A stretch of 64,000 nt of DNA from Chrysomallon squamiferum (Eukaryota > Animalia > Mollusca): assembly GCA_012295275.1 (NCBI GenBank), contig CM022674.1, positions 2,046,001-2,110,000 on the forward strand, given 5' to 3'. How positions within the stretch are numbered: the first letter of the stretch is position 1; the number at the start of each line of letters is the position of its first letter. A model generated the notes under the pieces. The model worked only from the letters and a program-made list of their open reading frames with translations, had not been told where the DNA came from and searched no databases. Shown piece by piece: positions 39,240 to 56,069 of this stretch. The position numbers and the translations under genes were made by a program.

Positions 39240-39516
39240 TCCAAAATTAGCTTTGGGAAACCGACAAAGAGTATTAACAAGGGAGATAACTTATTGTTTC
39301 GTCGCATTTAAAAATTAAACACGTGCTTTTGCTATAGGCGATGAAAAAGAGGAAAAAACAATAATAATACAATAGGAAAAAAGCGGGATTATATACTAGA
39401 TGTCTGTTCATATGGTGATGTCAAAATAGTAAAATAATAACAATCATTTTTGTAGTTCGTAACGAATCGTTCTAGTTCAGATACCTGCTGACTTTAGGCG
39501 GAATTCTTGTAACGTT

Positions 39517-39589
39517 GGGGATGTAGTTCAGATGGTAGAGCGCTCGCTTAGCATGTGAGAGGTACGGGGATCGATGCCCTGCATCTCCA
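39517..39589 (+). tRNA. tRNA-Ala (anticodon AGC)
   Basis: 73-nt cloverleaf GGGGATG...CATCTCC-A with G3:U70 Ala identity pair, anticodon loop TTAGCAT, T-loop ATCGATG; oligo-T Pol III terminator 6 nt downstream. Confidence 0.95.
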
Positions 39590-39662
39590 GTAACGTTTTT
39601 TTTTTTCTTTATTATTATTTTCAAATTTTAGTTTGACTGTATTAATTATTCTTTTAATTTTA

Positions 39663-39719
<57 letters not shown>

Positions 39720-40197
39720 TGTCTTTCTTTCTCACATTACATAAACTTGTGTATCAAGTTCTGTCACCGATGAGGCTTCTAGATACTCATTTTCTATGAT
39801 AAATATTAAGTATAAAATAAAATATGAAGACATCATACAAAATAAAATATTAATTATCTGCGACGCTATGTTTATTAATAATAATAATAATTTCAGAACT
39901 CTTTAAACAGTAGTATTAGTTGTAGTAGTAGCATTAGCGGGAACAGTAGTAGTTTTAATAATAGTAATAGTATTAGTAGAAGTAGTAGCTATGATGTTAA
40001 TGGTGGTAGTACCAGGTTGTAAAACGCGTATGTTTTTCAGTGTGTTTTCATAAATATAAATATATATTTTACAAACCATCAAAAAAAAATAAAAAAAAAA
40101 AAAAAAAAATAAAAGAAAACAAAAGAAAGAACGAAAGAAAGAAAGAAAGAAGAAAAAATAACAAGATAAACAAAACCAGCAAAAAAAAAAAAATAAT

Positions 40198-40228
<31 letters not shown>

Positions 40229-40561
40229 AAAACAAAATTTAGCAAACAAACGAAACAAAAGAAACATAAAATCAGAGAACAAAATTATAGGTATTTACGA
40301 CACTATTTTATTCTGTTAACAAATTCTAAAACTAACTGAACTATACTGACACAGAGAAACATTTCTAAGCAAAACGATGTCTAGGGCAAACGCCGAAATT
40401 GAGGCCTTGTCCAAACATCCGACACAAATCATTTAGAGAACTTCCATCACAAGAGAAAACTTGCAATGGCGCCCAGGTCACGTGTCATGTCTTAGATAGG
40501 TCATTACTGTGACGTCACTACTGGTACGTCACTGTTGCCACGTGAAGCTTTGTCCATGTGT

Positions 40562-42009
40562 TCACAACATCCTCAAACAGGGTAGGTTCTTGTTGTACTT
40601 GCTACGAAATGAAAACCCGCAGTTTCTGCCAATGAGAAGCTGGCAACCTTCGGGTGGTAATATTACGTCATAAGCTTTAATTCCAATCCTGAAATAAATA
40701 AATAAATAATTAATAAATTAATTAATTAATTAATAATAATAAGAAGAAATAAAGAAAAGAAATTAAAATATAAATGAGCTAATTTAATAATCACTACGAC
40801 TACTACTACTGCTACTACTGGTACTACTACAATCATCGACACCAATATCACAACCACCACTACTAACACTGCTAGCACTACAACAACTACCACTACAGTT
40901 TACTACTACTAGTGCTACCACAGCTTTGCTACTGCTATTACTATTACAACTACTGATACTGCTGCTATTTCTACTAGTACTACTACAACAACAACGACAA
41001 CAACGACTATTTCTACTCCTACAAAAGCCATTACTTCTGCTGCTATTACAGCAGCTACAGACAATGTCGTCAAAAAATAAAATAAAATAAAATAAAATAA
41101 AATAAAATAAAATAAAATAAAATAAATAAACTAATAAATAAATATAAATAAATAAAAGTAAGTAAAATAAAAAATAAGTCAACTTTGGAGATGCAGGGCA
41201 TCGATCCCCGTACCTCTCACATGCTAAGCGAGCGCTCTACCATCTGAGCTACATCCCCGTGATCAATAACAGCTTGAACTTACCCGCAACAGTAAAGACC
41301 TGACAGACTGCACACACAATCGTAACAGTTGTCTGTTCTCATCTTTTCATTCAGCTTGATGTCACGTGGTTTGATTTCTGGACTCAAACAATAAGCTTCC
41401 CTTTGTCCTCCCGCTGGAATAAGAAGAAAAAGAAGAAGCAATATTTTATTTAATGATAAACTCAAAGTATTTTAATCCACATGTATACTACGGGTTACTG
41501 TTTTTAGATTAGCATTAATCGATCGTTTTTAATGCATTGAAATCACAACAGAAAAATGGCGAAATGTAGGAGGGGGGGTTTGACTGAACCATTTTGCTGT
41601 TAGGCTTGTTATTTAAGACTGGGCCGCGAAAACAAACAAAATAAAATCTGAAAAAGTGAAGAATATATTAAACCTAATCCTTATAATACCAAAAGTGCAC
41701 TTTAAAATCTAATTTTGTAATGATGATGATGATGATCACCATCATCATGATTGTTGCCGTCGTCGTCATCATTATAATTATCACTGTCATTATTATTATT
41801 ATTATTACTATTACTGTTACTATTACTATTACTATTATTATTATCATTATTAGTGGTATTATAATAATAATAAATATAGTAGTCGTAGTAGTAGTAGTAG
41901 TACGTTTACCTGTTATTCTCCAGTGAAGCGTATCTTTATAAACACAGTTACGACATCGAATCGCAAAGACGTTTATCAATAAAACGATCGTAAGTAACAG
42001 AAACTTCAT
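40562..42009 (-). CDS. Beta-microseminoprotein (PSP94/MSMB)-like secreted protein 1, 118 aa
   Basis: Exons 42009-41910, 41413-41284, 40688-40562: MKFLLLTIVLLINVFAIRCRNCVYKDTLHWRITAGGQREAYCLSPEIKPRDIKLNEKMRTDNCYDCVCSLSGLYCCGIGIKAYDVILPPEGCQLLIGRNCGFSFRSKYNKNLPCLRML*. Signal peptide plus 10 Cys in the MSMB order C..C..CxxCxC..CC..C..C-x13-C. Confidence 0.88.
41186..41258 (-). tRNA. tRNA-Ala (anticodon AGC), intronic
   Basis: Reverse complement identical to the 39517 copy except D-stem position 11 (C vs T); T6 terminator downstream on minus strand. Confidence 0.96.
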
Positions 42010-42588
42010 TTTATTCGTTCTTCTTTGTCCTTCCTACGTGTGCGCGTATTTCTAGAGCCACAGTGGATTGATTCCGCAAACAGAAGGCGAGCTGTTTCTG
42101 CTTTTATGATTTAATATCTAACAATTAAGTGAAATCTGCACTCAGGAAACCATCATCTGTTTTTAGCCTTTTCGAACCCATCACGTGTTCGTTTATTGTT
42201 AATTGTCCCGTAAGCGTTTAATTATATGAATCTGTTAAAATGCCACAGCGTTTTAACGTCGGCGGGGGTTAATCGTTAACATTATGTCGTTAATGCTGTT
42301 AATGTAGGTGTCCGGAGTGTTTAAATGGAAATGAAGATGGTTAGGTACGTGAATCCCAAAATTTATGGGCAGCTTCGGGTTCGGTAAGTTTGAATTTCGT
42401 TATCGTAATTTCGTGATTTCGCTGAGTTCTCCTGTACCAGTGCGTTCTTGAGCTTTAGCAATGTACAGTTTAACAGAGAACATACAACACTAAAGTTTTC
42501 CATCCTAAATGCATCATGCACACTTACAGAATTAGTAATATTATCTAAGGTCAGAACACAGTTGCCTGCAGTAATATGAGTTTAAACT

Positions 42589-42639
42589 GTCGCCATTACA
42601 GTCATTTTAACAGTGGTAACTCTTTGACTCACGATATTT
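42589..42639 (+). repeat. Left arm of a 51-bp inverted repeat flanking MSMB-like gene 2
   Basis: gtcgccattacagtcattttaacagtggtaactctttgactcacgatattt; reverse complement of 44798-44848 with 2 mismatches; followed inward by (TC)n. Confidence 0.9.
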
Positions 42640-42660
42640 CTAATTTATGTTACATCCACA

Positions 42661-42761
<101 letters not shown>

Positions 42762-43056
42762 CACTTTCGTGACAGACTTTTTAAAAAATTTGAGTTCATG
42801 TACATGTACATTTCGGTACATTGTCCGTCTGTCTGTCTGTCTATCATTACAAGTAATTAATCTCCAGCAATTTCTGACGCCGTAAACTGTAATTCACGCC
42901 TAGCCTATAACAGTTAAACTGTTTGTAATTTCACACCTCGCAGTGAACGAACAATGACTAACAAAAACATGTCACTTTAAATTTCAGTTATTTGCAACAA
43001 CCACGCCGAGCAATTTCATCCACGTGAATCACTGGACCGTAGTCGTAACAGATTAT

Positions 43057-43064
43057 TATAAATA
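43057..43064 (+). promoter_or_regulatory. TATA box of MSMB-like gene 2
   Basis: TATAAATA starting 48 nt upstream of the ATG. Confidence 0.6.
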
Positions 43065-43104
43065 TGACAGAAACTGCTGGAACTGTCGTAGAATCATTTC
43101 GACA

Positions 43105-44488
<1,384 letters not shown>

Positions 44489-44705
44489 ATTTGTTTTCAA
44501 AGTAAATCAAAAAAAAAAAAAAAAAAAATTAAAAAAAACTGTAATTATGTTTGACACCAATAAAGAAAATTATGTAATGGTAAATTCGTATCATGCTTTT
44601 ATTTATTTATTTATTTTAATATTTGATAGTCTGACGTATTTTGAAAAGATTAATATATGAATAATATTTTTCAGATGGTTTCGATTATGAAATTATAATC
44701 AGAAA

Positions 44706-44779
<74 letters not shown>

Positions 44780-44797
44780 ATGAGCAACAATAATTTT

Positions 44798-44848
44798 AAA
44801 TCTCGTGAGTCAAAGAGTTACCACTGTTAAAATGACTGTAATGACGAC
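44798..44848 (-). repeat. Right arm of the 51-bp inverted repeat
   Basis: aaatctcgtgagtcaaagagttaccactgttaaaatgactgtaatgacgac; preceded by (GA)n. Confidence 0.9.
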
Positions 44849-45372
44849 TGTAATGAGAGGAAAACAAAAAACATGGAAAAGATATAAACATTAACAGGCC
44901 CGTGAAAACAGCAGACTTAGCGTGAGATTTCACGTGAGATTTTAGCAACTTCATTTCAAAGCTTTTTTTCTTCTTAGTAATTCTATTTGATCTTAAATCT
45001 CAAACGCCTGGCTTCGAACAAATCTTTGATTCAAGTACACAAGAGTCAAGATGACGCGATTATTCTCAACAGTGCGAACGTGTGGTAATCGAAAGTTATT
45101 TAACTTATTTATGCCGTTAAACGAAAGTTCCATTGTCCAGGAAAGCTCAGAATTTATTACCACTTTCAGCTGATAGAAGTGGCTGTCACAAACATATGCT
45201 GTATGTCTTCTAAATTAAGAAGTTTGAACAAACTGACAGGTAGGTGATTAATCATAGAGTGTATGTATGTTGTTAGTGCGTGTGTGCGTAGGTGTGTGTA
45301 TATATATGTATATATGAATTTCTTCTTTACAAACCAATAACAAGTGAATCTATACACACACACACACAAACA

Positions 45373-45437
<65 letters not shown>

Positions 45438-46563
45438 GAAGAGTTTGCTTCCAAAACGGTATAAATCCATTTTCTTTGTTTTGAGAAAGATGACTATTTC
45501 TGCTCTGGAGTTTATCACGTTATGGAACGAAGGTCTATAGTCTAATGCGTAGATCAGACGTGGATATAGAAATTTGGGGAAAATGATTATGGAGCCTTAA
45601 AATACTAAACATTTGGTGACGTTTTTTTTTTTTTTTTAAATTTTGATTTTGGTCTTTATCGCGTTTTGGAATTAAAGTCTTCTTATATATATATATATAT
45701 GAGAGAAAAAAAATACATTTTCATTATTTCATTATGTAAAGTTTCAAAATAATTTCACAAAACTTCTAAACAGCAGAAAGAAAAAAAAAAAAAAGAAGAA
45801 GAAAAAAAAAGAATTTCTTGTTGACTAATTTTTTTTCCCTGTTAGTTCTGACATCAACATGCATCAAATAATTTCAAGGATACAAAAAAGACCAGACGTT
45901 AATAAAATACTAAGTCTCACATTTCACCCACACCGTTTACCCCATTCAGTTTATAATGTTGTTAGAATCAGTCTGATGCAAGTATTTTAAAATATTTTCT
46001 GAAAGAAGGTAACGAGAAACTGGGTTGAAAGCAACGTGCTGAGGGAATGAATGTAACGTCAACCACAAAAAAATCTAAAAGTTTTGTACGAGAAAAAAAA
46101 AAAAAATCTGAAAGGATGTAATCACGTCCATTCTAATTCTCTTCGCCAAAGTTAAAAAAAAAATATATATATATATATATATATCAGTCACTCTTGAAAT
46201 TACGTCATTTGTACTTCAGAGAGTGTAGGAAACTGTAACATCCGGCACACGTAACGTCTGCAACATGTAACAACCGCCATATGTTACGTCTGTCACAGAA
46301 AAAAACTTGGGATGTAGAGGAACGTCTCAAGCAATCAGGATATTTTCAATGACCTCAAATCCTTCTCAGTGTAAACAGCCGACATTCTGGAATTGGCCAT
46401 ATGACCTTTTGATAAGCCATTTTTATTGTTTTAAACTCAGCTTCAACAGAATAATATCCTAATAATGACACCGAGTTTACGTTGTTGATATGACAAATAC
46501 TAAACGGGAGAATTATTCTTTCATATTTTATCATAATAACAGTTTTGTCGGTGACAAAAGCCT

Positions 46564-46608
<45 letters not shown>

Positions 46609-47448
46609 CAGATAGGCAGACAGATCTGAGAGAGATAAAATGAAAGAGGAGAACCGCATATAAATACATAGAAGCATTCGTATACATTAGTCACACATGT
46701 ACGTGTATAATACACAAACACAACACACATCCATACTGCACCAAACATTTCGCTTCTTTGTTTATATTTGATTTGTATTTTGTAGCATCAATAGCCTTTT
46801 TTCTTTCTTTCTTTTTTTTTTTTTTTTTTTTTTTTTCTTTTCTTGCTCTATTACGAATGGATTCCGGAAATATCACATTTAACAACACTGAATTTATTTA
46901 ACATCCATTTCGTGCGTGTGTATATGTGTGTGTCTTTGCGCGCGTGTCTCTGTGTGTGTGTGTACATATATACACAAACACCTAATCATATTGTTATTTG
47001 ACAAAGAGGCAACAGAAAGACGAACCAGCAGAAAGCGAAACTTAAATCAAGATACGCCAGTAAAAACTTCGCTGCAGATTTAATCGAAAGAACTGTTCCT
47101 TTATTTGAACTGAACGCAGCACGTGCTTCTGCAGTTGTTCACTTCACAAAAGCAGAAAACTGCAAACCACGGCAATCGTTACGTAACAACTCGTACGAGT
47201 CTGACAGTTAATCTCGATCTCTGTCGTAAAGGTTTTAATTTTCCATAATTGTTACGTTATTATCGACGGACATATGTTTCCATTTGGCGTTCTTTCATGA
47301 CGGTGACTAATATGGCAACAATTTCGATCTGTACCAACGTTTAAGAGCATTTAAGCATGCGGCATTATTCCGCTGGGTTCAGTGTCACTTTGGAAAGGCA
47401 GCTAGCTAGTAAAGGCAAAAGTGAAATCAGTTTAAAAAAAAAAAAAAA

Positions 47449-48954
<1,506 letters not shown>

Positions 48955-49316
48955 AGCAGAATTAAAAAAAAAAAAAAATTTATTATTATTATTATTATTA
49001 TTTTTTTTTTGAATGAATTTTTTTCCTATTACACAAGAAATAAAGGAAAAATGCAAACTGTTTGTTTCTGTTTATAATTATTATTTACTGCTAAAAAAAA
49101 AATTTCAAAATTAAAATAAATAAAAATAAAAATAGTTTTTGTGGCATTTTGATGATAACCTCTAATAATTACCACATTTGAAAAAAAATATATATAAATA
49201 AATAAATATATATATATTTATTTATATATATTATATATATATAAAAAGAAAATGTAATAACAAAAAAGAAAATTTGTGGAGTATGTGCAAAAATCACTGA
49301 AGACTGAGTCGACTTT

Positions 49317-49357
<41 letters not shown>

Positions 49358-49960
49358 AATTTGATTTTCAGAGTTATCCTCAGTACTTCAGGCTTTGTAG
49401 AATTTTTCGAAAGTCTAATCTCATTAGAATTAATTCACGTGCTTCGTGTGTCCTGCGATCATAAGGTTCTTTTTATTTATTTATTTATTTATTTATTTAT
49501 TATTATTATTATTATTATTTTATTTTTTGTTTTGCTAATACAGAAAAATCTACAATATATGTGTATATGTGTTTGAGTGTGTTTCTGTGTGTTATTATTA
49601 CTTTTTTCGTTGTTATTATTATTATTATCTCATCATTATCATCATCATCATCATCACCATGATTATCATCATCATCATGGGTATCATCATAACCATCATT
49701 ATCGACATCATCATCATATTACCATCGTCGTCGACGAGGTTATTAAGGCTAAAAAATCTGTTAAACTCTTTTCCTTTTACGTTCTTCCAACCTATCTGAA
49801 TACTGCTATTTCCCTCTCATACCATTTTAGCGCTTAAACGTAAAAACAAAAGTTTCTTAACTATTTAAGAGACTGTTTGGTTTGTTTTATTTTGTTTCTT
49901 TGTTACTGTTTTTCTTTTTCGAATTTTTTATTTTTTATTTTATGTTATTATTTATTTATT

Positions 49961-50014
<54 letters not shown>

Positions 50015-50186
50015 TGCGTTCTTTTGTTGATTTTTTTGTTTGTTTGTTTTAATTTTTTGTTTTTTTGATTGGTTTGTTTTTAACAAACGTTTACTTGCTG
50101 TAAAGTCAGAAATACATTTTTGTGACATCGTATTGTATTACTTCTCTGAAATAATCTTCTGAGGTTGCAGAGGGATCCTCTCAGAA

Positions 50187-50272
<86 letters not shown>

Positions 50273-51350
50273 TAAAGCTTTTTTTTTTAAATCTTCAACA
50301 AATGGAATAACTTTCCCAGTTCCCTGTATTATACGTAAGTGTATCTGTGTTAAAAGGTGCACAAATACGCACATTTATCCTTAACGATTACAGCATCCGG
50401 TGAAACTGGCAGTGAAATCCGTTTATTTATAGAACGTCTTTGACGTAAAATGCACATATCGCTTCCTTGTGACGTCACTGAAATAAACAATCATCGAAGC
50501 CCCTGACAACCGTTTGTTGAACCAATTAGACATAGCTCGTTGACTTGTATAACTACACATTGTAATTTACAAAATTAATATTTTGAGGTTTTGCCGTCTA
50601 CTTGGTGCAAGCTTAAAAGCGCATCCTTTGTGGTGTGGTACGTACAACATTTTAAAAACAGGTTAACATTTAGTTTTTTTTAGCAATACGTATTACCTTT
50701 AGCCCTACGTAACACTGTACGTCAGTAAAAGAAAATTTTATTGTCACGTGGTTAAATGGCTGTTGGAAATGTCATGCAGATAACTGATATACACACGTAC
50801 GGACACGTTTACTCCCACTTGTTTGTGACGACCACTCGTGGATCCAGGCTAAAGTGTCCGCTTAATGAGATGGTCGCAATATACAAGTCCGATATTTTAA
50901 ACAAAATATTTGCTTCAGAACGATTAAGGGATCCATATAGATGCACAGAAACGTAATTAAAATAAATAAATAAATAAATAAGATTAAAAAAAAAAAAACT
51001 TTAAAAAAATTCGACTACATATAATTTTATTAGGTGAAAAAAAATAAAAAATAAAAAATAAGAGATCATATTTCTGTAACTGGGCTGATAATTACATAAT
51101 CCTTCAGCTCTTTCTATTTTTATTCTTTATTTTTTTTTGTTTTTTTTTTTTTTATTTAAAATGTCATCAACCTGTGTGTTCTGCCAACCACAAACAATCA
51201 GCAATTTTTTTACAACTTTGTTTTTCTTTTCTCTGCTTTTTTAAAAAAAAAAACATCTACCAGTATTAAAGCGATTGCATTGTACTGTTTGTTAGCTTTG
51301 AGCCTTTCAGTTCATTGGCTTACAATTCACACACACATATATATATATAC

Positions 51351-51396
<46 letters not shown>

Positions 51397-51921
51397 ATAT
51401 ATATATATAGAGGTGATAAATGATACGAGAAATGAAGAATGGACTATTATACACACTGAGATATAATTTGAGATATTTACCAGTATTATACAAATCTTTT
51501 TCTATTTTCAGCTGACAACAGTTGCCTGAGTTTTTAAATACAGATTGTATTTGTACCAGTAATAGCTTTAAATATAATTTATAAAAATCTTAAATTCAGT
51601 TACAAAGGACATTTTACAATAAAATCGTATTCATCTTCCCCATCATCCATATTTTTACACATTTTTCATTTGATCTTTCAGTATTTTGATTTCTGCCTTT
51701 TTTTCAACCAACAAACATTGCGTGCGTAGAAACTTGAAATTCAGTAATAAGAACAGTAAAAGGTTCAGACAAAGACATACTTAGGTAGTATTTCAATCAC
51801 AGCCTGTCTATTACAGGCTTATATATATATCTGACATTTAAAATAATTGTCGAATATAACATTTCTTTCTTCAATAAAAAAAAAAAAAAAAAAAAAAAAA
51901 ACTGTTAGGCGCATTTTCACA

Positions 51922-51956
<35 letters not shown>

Positions 51957-52464
51957 CTTTGTTATTTACATGCTGACTGTGCCAGATTTCTCCAAAGCCA
52001 ACTGAGGACAATAAAATATTTTAACCGGGCGAAACCAGTTACAACAATTCTGCTACTGAAGCATAGTTATCTTCATCAAGTGATTTTAAAACGCAGTTCC
52101 TTGTTCAGTATTTAATTATTGTAATTTTTCTAACAACTTATAAAGGAATTTTACCAAATTCAGACAAAAAAAGTACAGCATCCGTAGCGCTTTTTTTAAA
52201 AAAACATTTTTATTATTTTTTTAATCACTTAAAATTCTTTTTCAGTTATTCATATTAATCTTTTCAACATCATAAGCAGCACGAAAACACCGTATTTCAC
52301 AATAACAATTTAAAACACTGGAAACGTACTCATCAAAACACGTGCAGGTTTCGTTTCTGTGTCACGTGACAGTCTATTTATTACATAAACTGAAAAACTA
52401 TGCCATATACGTGTCCCACGCAAAATGTGTTTTGGATTAAAAAAAAAAAACCCAAAAAACTGTG

Positions 52465-52750
52465 GACACATTTTGTCTCCAGAATTTTTTTTTTTTTTTT
52501 TTTTTTTGTAAGGCTAGAGATACCCTTTGAAAAAAAAAAAAAAAATGATTGGCCCAACGTCAATCCGGATAAAAAAACAAACTATTAATTTTCTTTTATA
52601 AAGCCGACACGTTTTGTCTCCAGAATTTTTTTTTTGTCAAAACTAAAAAATAAAATAAAAAATAATAAAACGTGGTAGAATATGGCTCGAGATACCCTTT
52701 TCAACGACAAATAAAATAACATAAAATAAAAAAAATGATTGGCAAACAAA
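52465..52750. repeat. Two-copy degenerate direct repeat
   Basis: ttttgtctccagaattttt...ggctMgagatacccttt...aaatgattggc occurs twice. Confidence 0.75.
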
Positions 52751-53168
52751 TAAACAAACGTTAAAATAATAAAAAATAAATAAATAAATAATGAACAAAT
52801 AAACATGCTCTGTTCAATTAATGAATAAATAAACAAATAAATAATACCTCGCTAATTAACCATACTACTACTACTACTGCTACTGCTACTACTATTACTA
52901 CTTAAGCTCCAGCAAGGTTACTGACGATCGTTATGTGAAGGTTAGTTTTAAGACCGCTGTTTTGTCAAAACTACTGGAAAAAAAATACTACTACTAATAA
53001 TAATAAATTAAAAACAGTTAAAAATATAATGTTGCCACGAGAGTGTTTAATGTATTAAACAAATTATGGCCGATGGCCGCTTTGAGCAGGTGGTCGTCGT
53101 GTAGAGTTGAAATAATTATACAGTAAACCTTATTTGCAATCCATCAATTCCACCACAATAGTTCGAGA

Positions 53169-53208
<40 letters not shown>

Positions 53209-54124
53209 CAAAAGTAACACTTCTTGTAAACGCTGAAACATTTTAGATGTACATCTGTAGGCAACACTTTTAAAACCAATAATTTGCTCTGAAACCAGTG
53301 TATTAAACTTTGTCTAAATATTAGCAACCAAGACAACAACATAAAGATGGTGTTATAGTGTGCATGTGTAGTGGAGATAGAAGAAAAGAAAAAAAAAAAA
53401 AAAAATGTCGCGTACCAAAACTGTTGCCTTTCATTTTAATTTCCAAAATACGACTAAAATACCGCAGACTTATGTTTGTGGTTTATTATAAATTTTAATA
53501 AAACACTCAATACAAAATATATTTTTAGATTTTAATTGAAAACCTGCTGGTTAAGAAGCTACGCAGACGCGTGAATGTCCTGTACTAACTCTTAATTTAA
53601 AACATTTTTGCATAAAAACATCAAAGATTCCTCTCAGTTGTTTTGTAAAAAAAAATCAGAGGGAACGTTGCCTGCGAGTAATTGTTTTATTAGTTCATGA
53701 GGACATGCTTTGTTAATAAATAAAATATTTCAATTAAATGAGGAGATGCTGCCATTTTTCTTTGACGTCATTTCGTAGACATGAACTTAAAACCCCCGAT
53801 AAACGATTCAGACTGTTATTGAGTTTTCCTTTTCACATTTCTGTATTGGAAATGACGCCACGAAACAAGGGACCTGCCAGGCTGACATCATCTTCGAATG
53901 TTTGTTACTTCGTCATTATACTTAATTATTATGAATGGTTGTGTGTCTATAATAAAAACAGTACACTCTTGTTAAGAAAACTTATTTTCCTTTTTTTTCT
54001 TTTTTTTTTTTTTTTAAATTATAGAACCATTTCATAGAAACACTTTTATTAACACGATAAGACAAAGCATCTGCTACGATCAAAGAAAACAACGTTAACA
54101 CAGCTTGCGGTAACCTGGATACGC

Positions 54125-54245
54125 TAACGTAAACAAATGACGTCAGGGTAGAATGACGCATGACGTATGGGGAGTATAACGTAGCACTTGCTCAAGCCTG
54201 ATTGGTTTGCTGAGAGGAAAGCCTGCTCGCCCATTGGCTAGTTTA
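54125..54245. promoter_or_regulatory. Promoter/enhancer-like motif cluster (Fox, CRE x3, paired CCAAT)
   Basis: GTAAACAA 54129; TGACGTCA 54138; TGACGCA 54154; TGACGTA 54161; ATTGG at 54201 and 54234. Confidence 0.55.
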
Positions 54246-54673
54246 TAGTATGCAATTGTAACATCTAAGACTTGTTTATCTAGAAGCCGTGGAACGTATA
54301 CATTCTTCTCACATGAACTCGCGTACGTAATTATGTGTGTATTTGTTTGCATCGATTATATGTTGAGACCACCTGCCGGTTTAATATGCTCCGTATTCTC
54401 AAGTTATTAAAATGTGTTAATACACACCGCTGTGTTTGGCTATATCTGTATGCTCTGATCGTGCTTTCTCTAGCGATTTATTTTCTTTCGTTTTGTCTTT
54501 ATTTCTTTCTTCTTTTCTTCTTCATCTTTGTTTTATTTTATTTTTTTTTTTTTTTTTTTTAAAATAGAGTTTTCTCTCATTCTCTCTTTCTTTTTATCAT
54601 TCGTTCTCTCTAACCGATTTTTTTTTTTCTTCCTATCTCTCTTTCTGTGTACATGTTTCTATTTCTGTGCTGG

Positions 54674-54750
<77 letters not shown>

Positions 54751-55556
54751 GACGCACGTATATATGTATTACACATGTACACACACAAACATATACATAC
54801 ATAATTACATATAGACACACATACATACATACACCACACACATATATACATACACGCACATACACACACACACACACACACATACTTACATCAACTAATT
54901 CATCCACACATCGACAAATCCACCGATCTACCCAACCCAATTCATCTTGCACTGTATTTGTCCCCACCCCCCGAGCCTCGAGGAACCGCCCCTTGACAAG
55001 GGCGAGGACAGAGCAATTAAACGAGTTCATCTTTAACAACCATCAGGTCATGATGTCATTCGTATTGGATTTCTCAACTCGTAAACAAAACAACGATTGT
55101 AATTAACGAAAAACGTTCTGACGAAACACCGCCGGATTCACAAATGTGTTAGCACCTCTTAAGTTATATATTAAAAAACCTCGTTCCTAACTAACCTACA
55201 CCAGAGGGCGCTGAATGTAATCAAGAGGATATTAAATAAAAGTTAATTAATAAACGATATTATGTAATGGTCGAAGTTGAGTAAATGGAACCATAGTCTG
55301 AGGTGTCACGTGACGCGGGATAAAAAGCCTTGTTAGTAGTTGCCGTTACATAATTTCCAGTTCTAGCCAGTGTATCTGATATTGAATGTCATTTCTTGTA
55401 CTTATAATTTTAAGTTATTAGTACATTAATTCTTCTTTTACTTATATACAGTGACGAACGAACAGATAGACACAGAAATAGATAGATACATATATGTGTG
55501 TGTGTGTGAGAGACAGACTGATAGAGAGAAAGACATATGCACTTATATATATATAT

Positions 55557-55634
<78 letters not shown>

Positions 55635-56069
55635 TCTGGCTGTATTGATAGAAAACAGGCAAAGAATTATGTTTATGTAAGATGTCTGCCTTTATCACGA
55701 AAACGATACAAACAAAGTCTCAAATTAATCTGTTTATACGGAGCAGATAACCATTTGGTGAAGAACTAGTAACATAAATCTGTGAGTATTTTGTCACAGA
55801 TTAGTGAGAACCTGTAGAACTGCCTGTGAAAGTCTGTATACTTGGCAGGGATTGCCGTTTACAGATGACCAGTGTATACAAGACACAGATGTCTGGTCTT
55901 ACGTCGAAATAATTACCTACATCCTCTGTCTTGGCACAAACGGCAGACAGTTATAGAAAAGACAAATACAAGCACATAATGTGTTACAAAGGACGAACAA
56001 AATCTATTCAAATGTTGACATTACAAAAATGCCTGACGAAAGTCTATTTTACGGTACTTGTGACTTCAG

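Noticed and set aside
39517-41258. tRNA copies as tRNA-derived SINEs
   Set aside because: Similarity is confined to the exact 73-nt tRNA with intact stems and oligo-T terminators; no shared body or tail.
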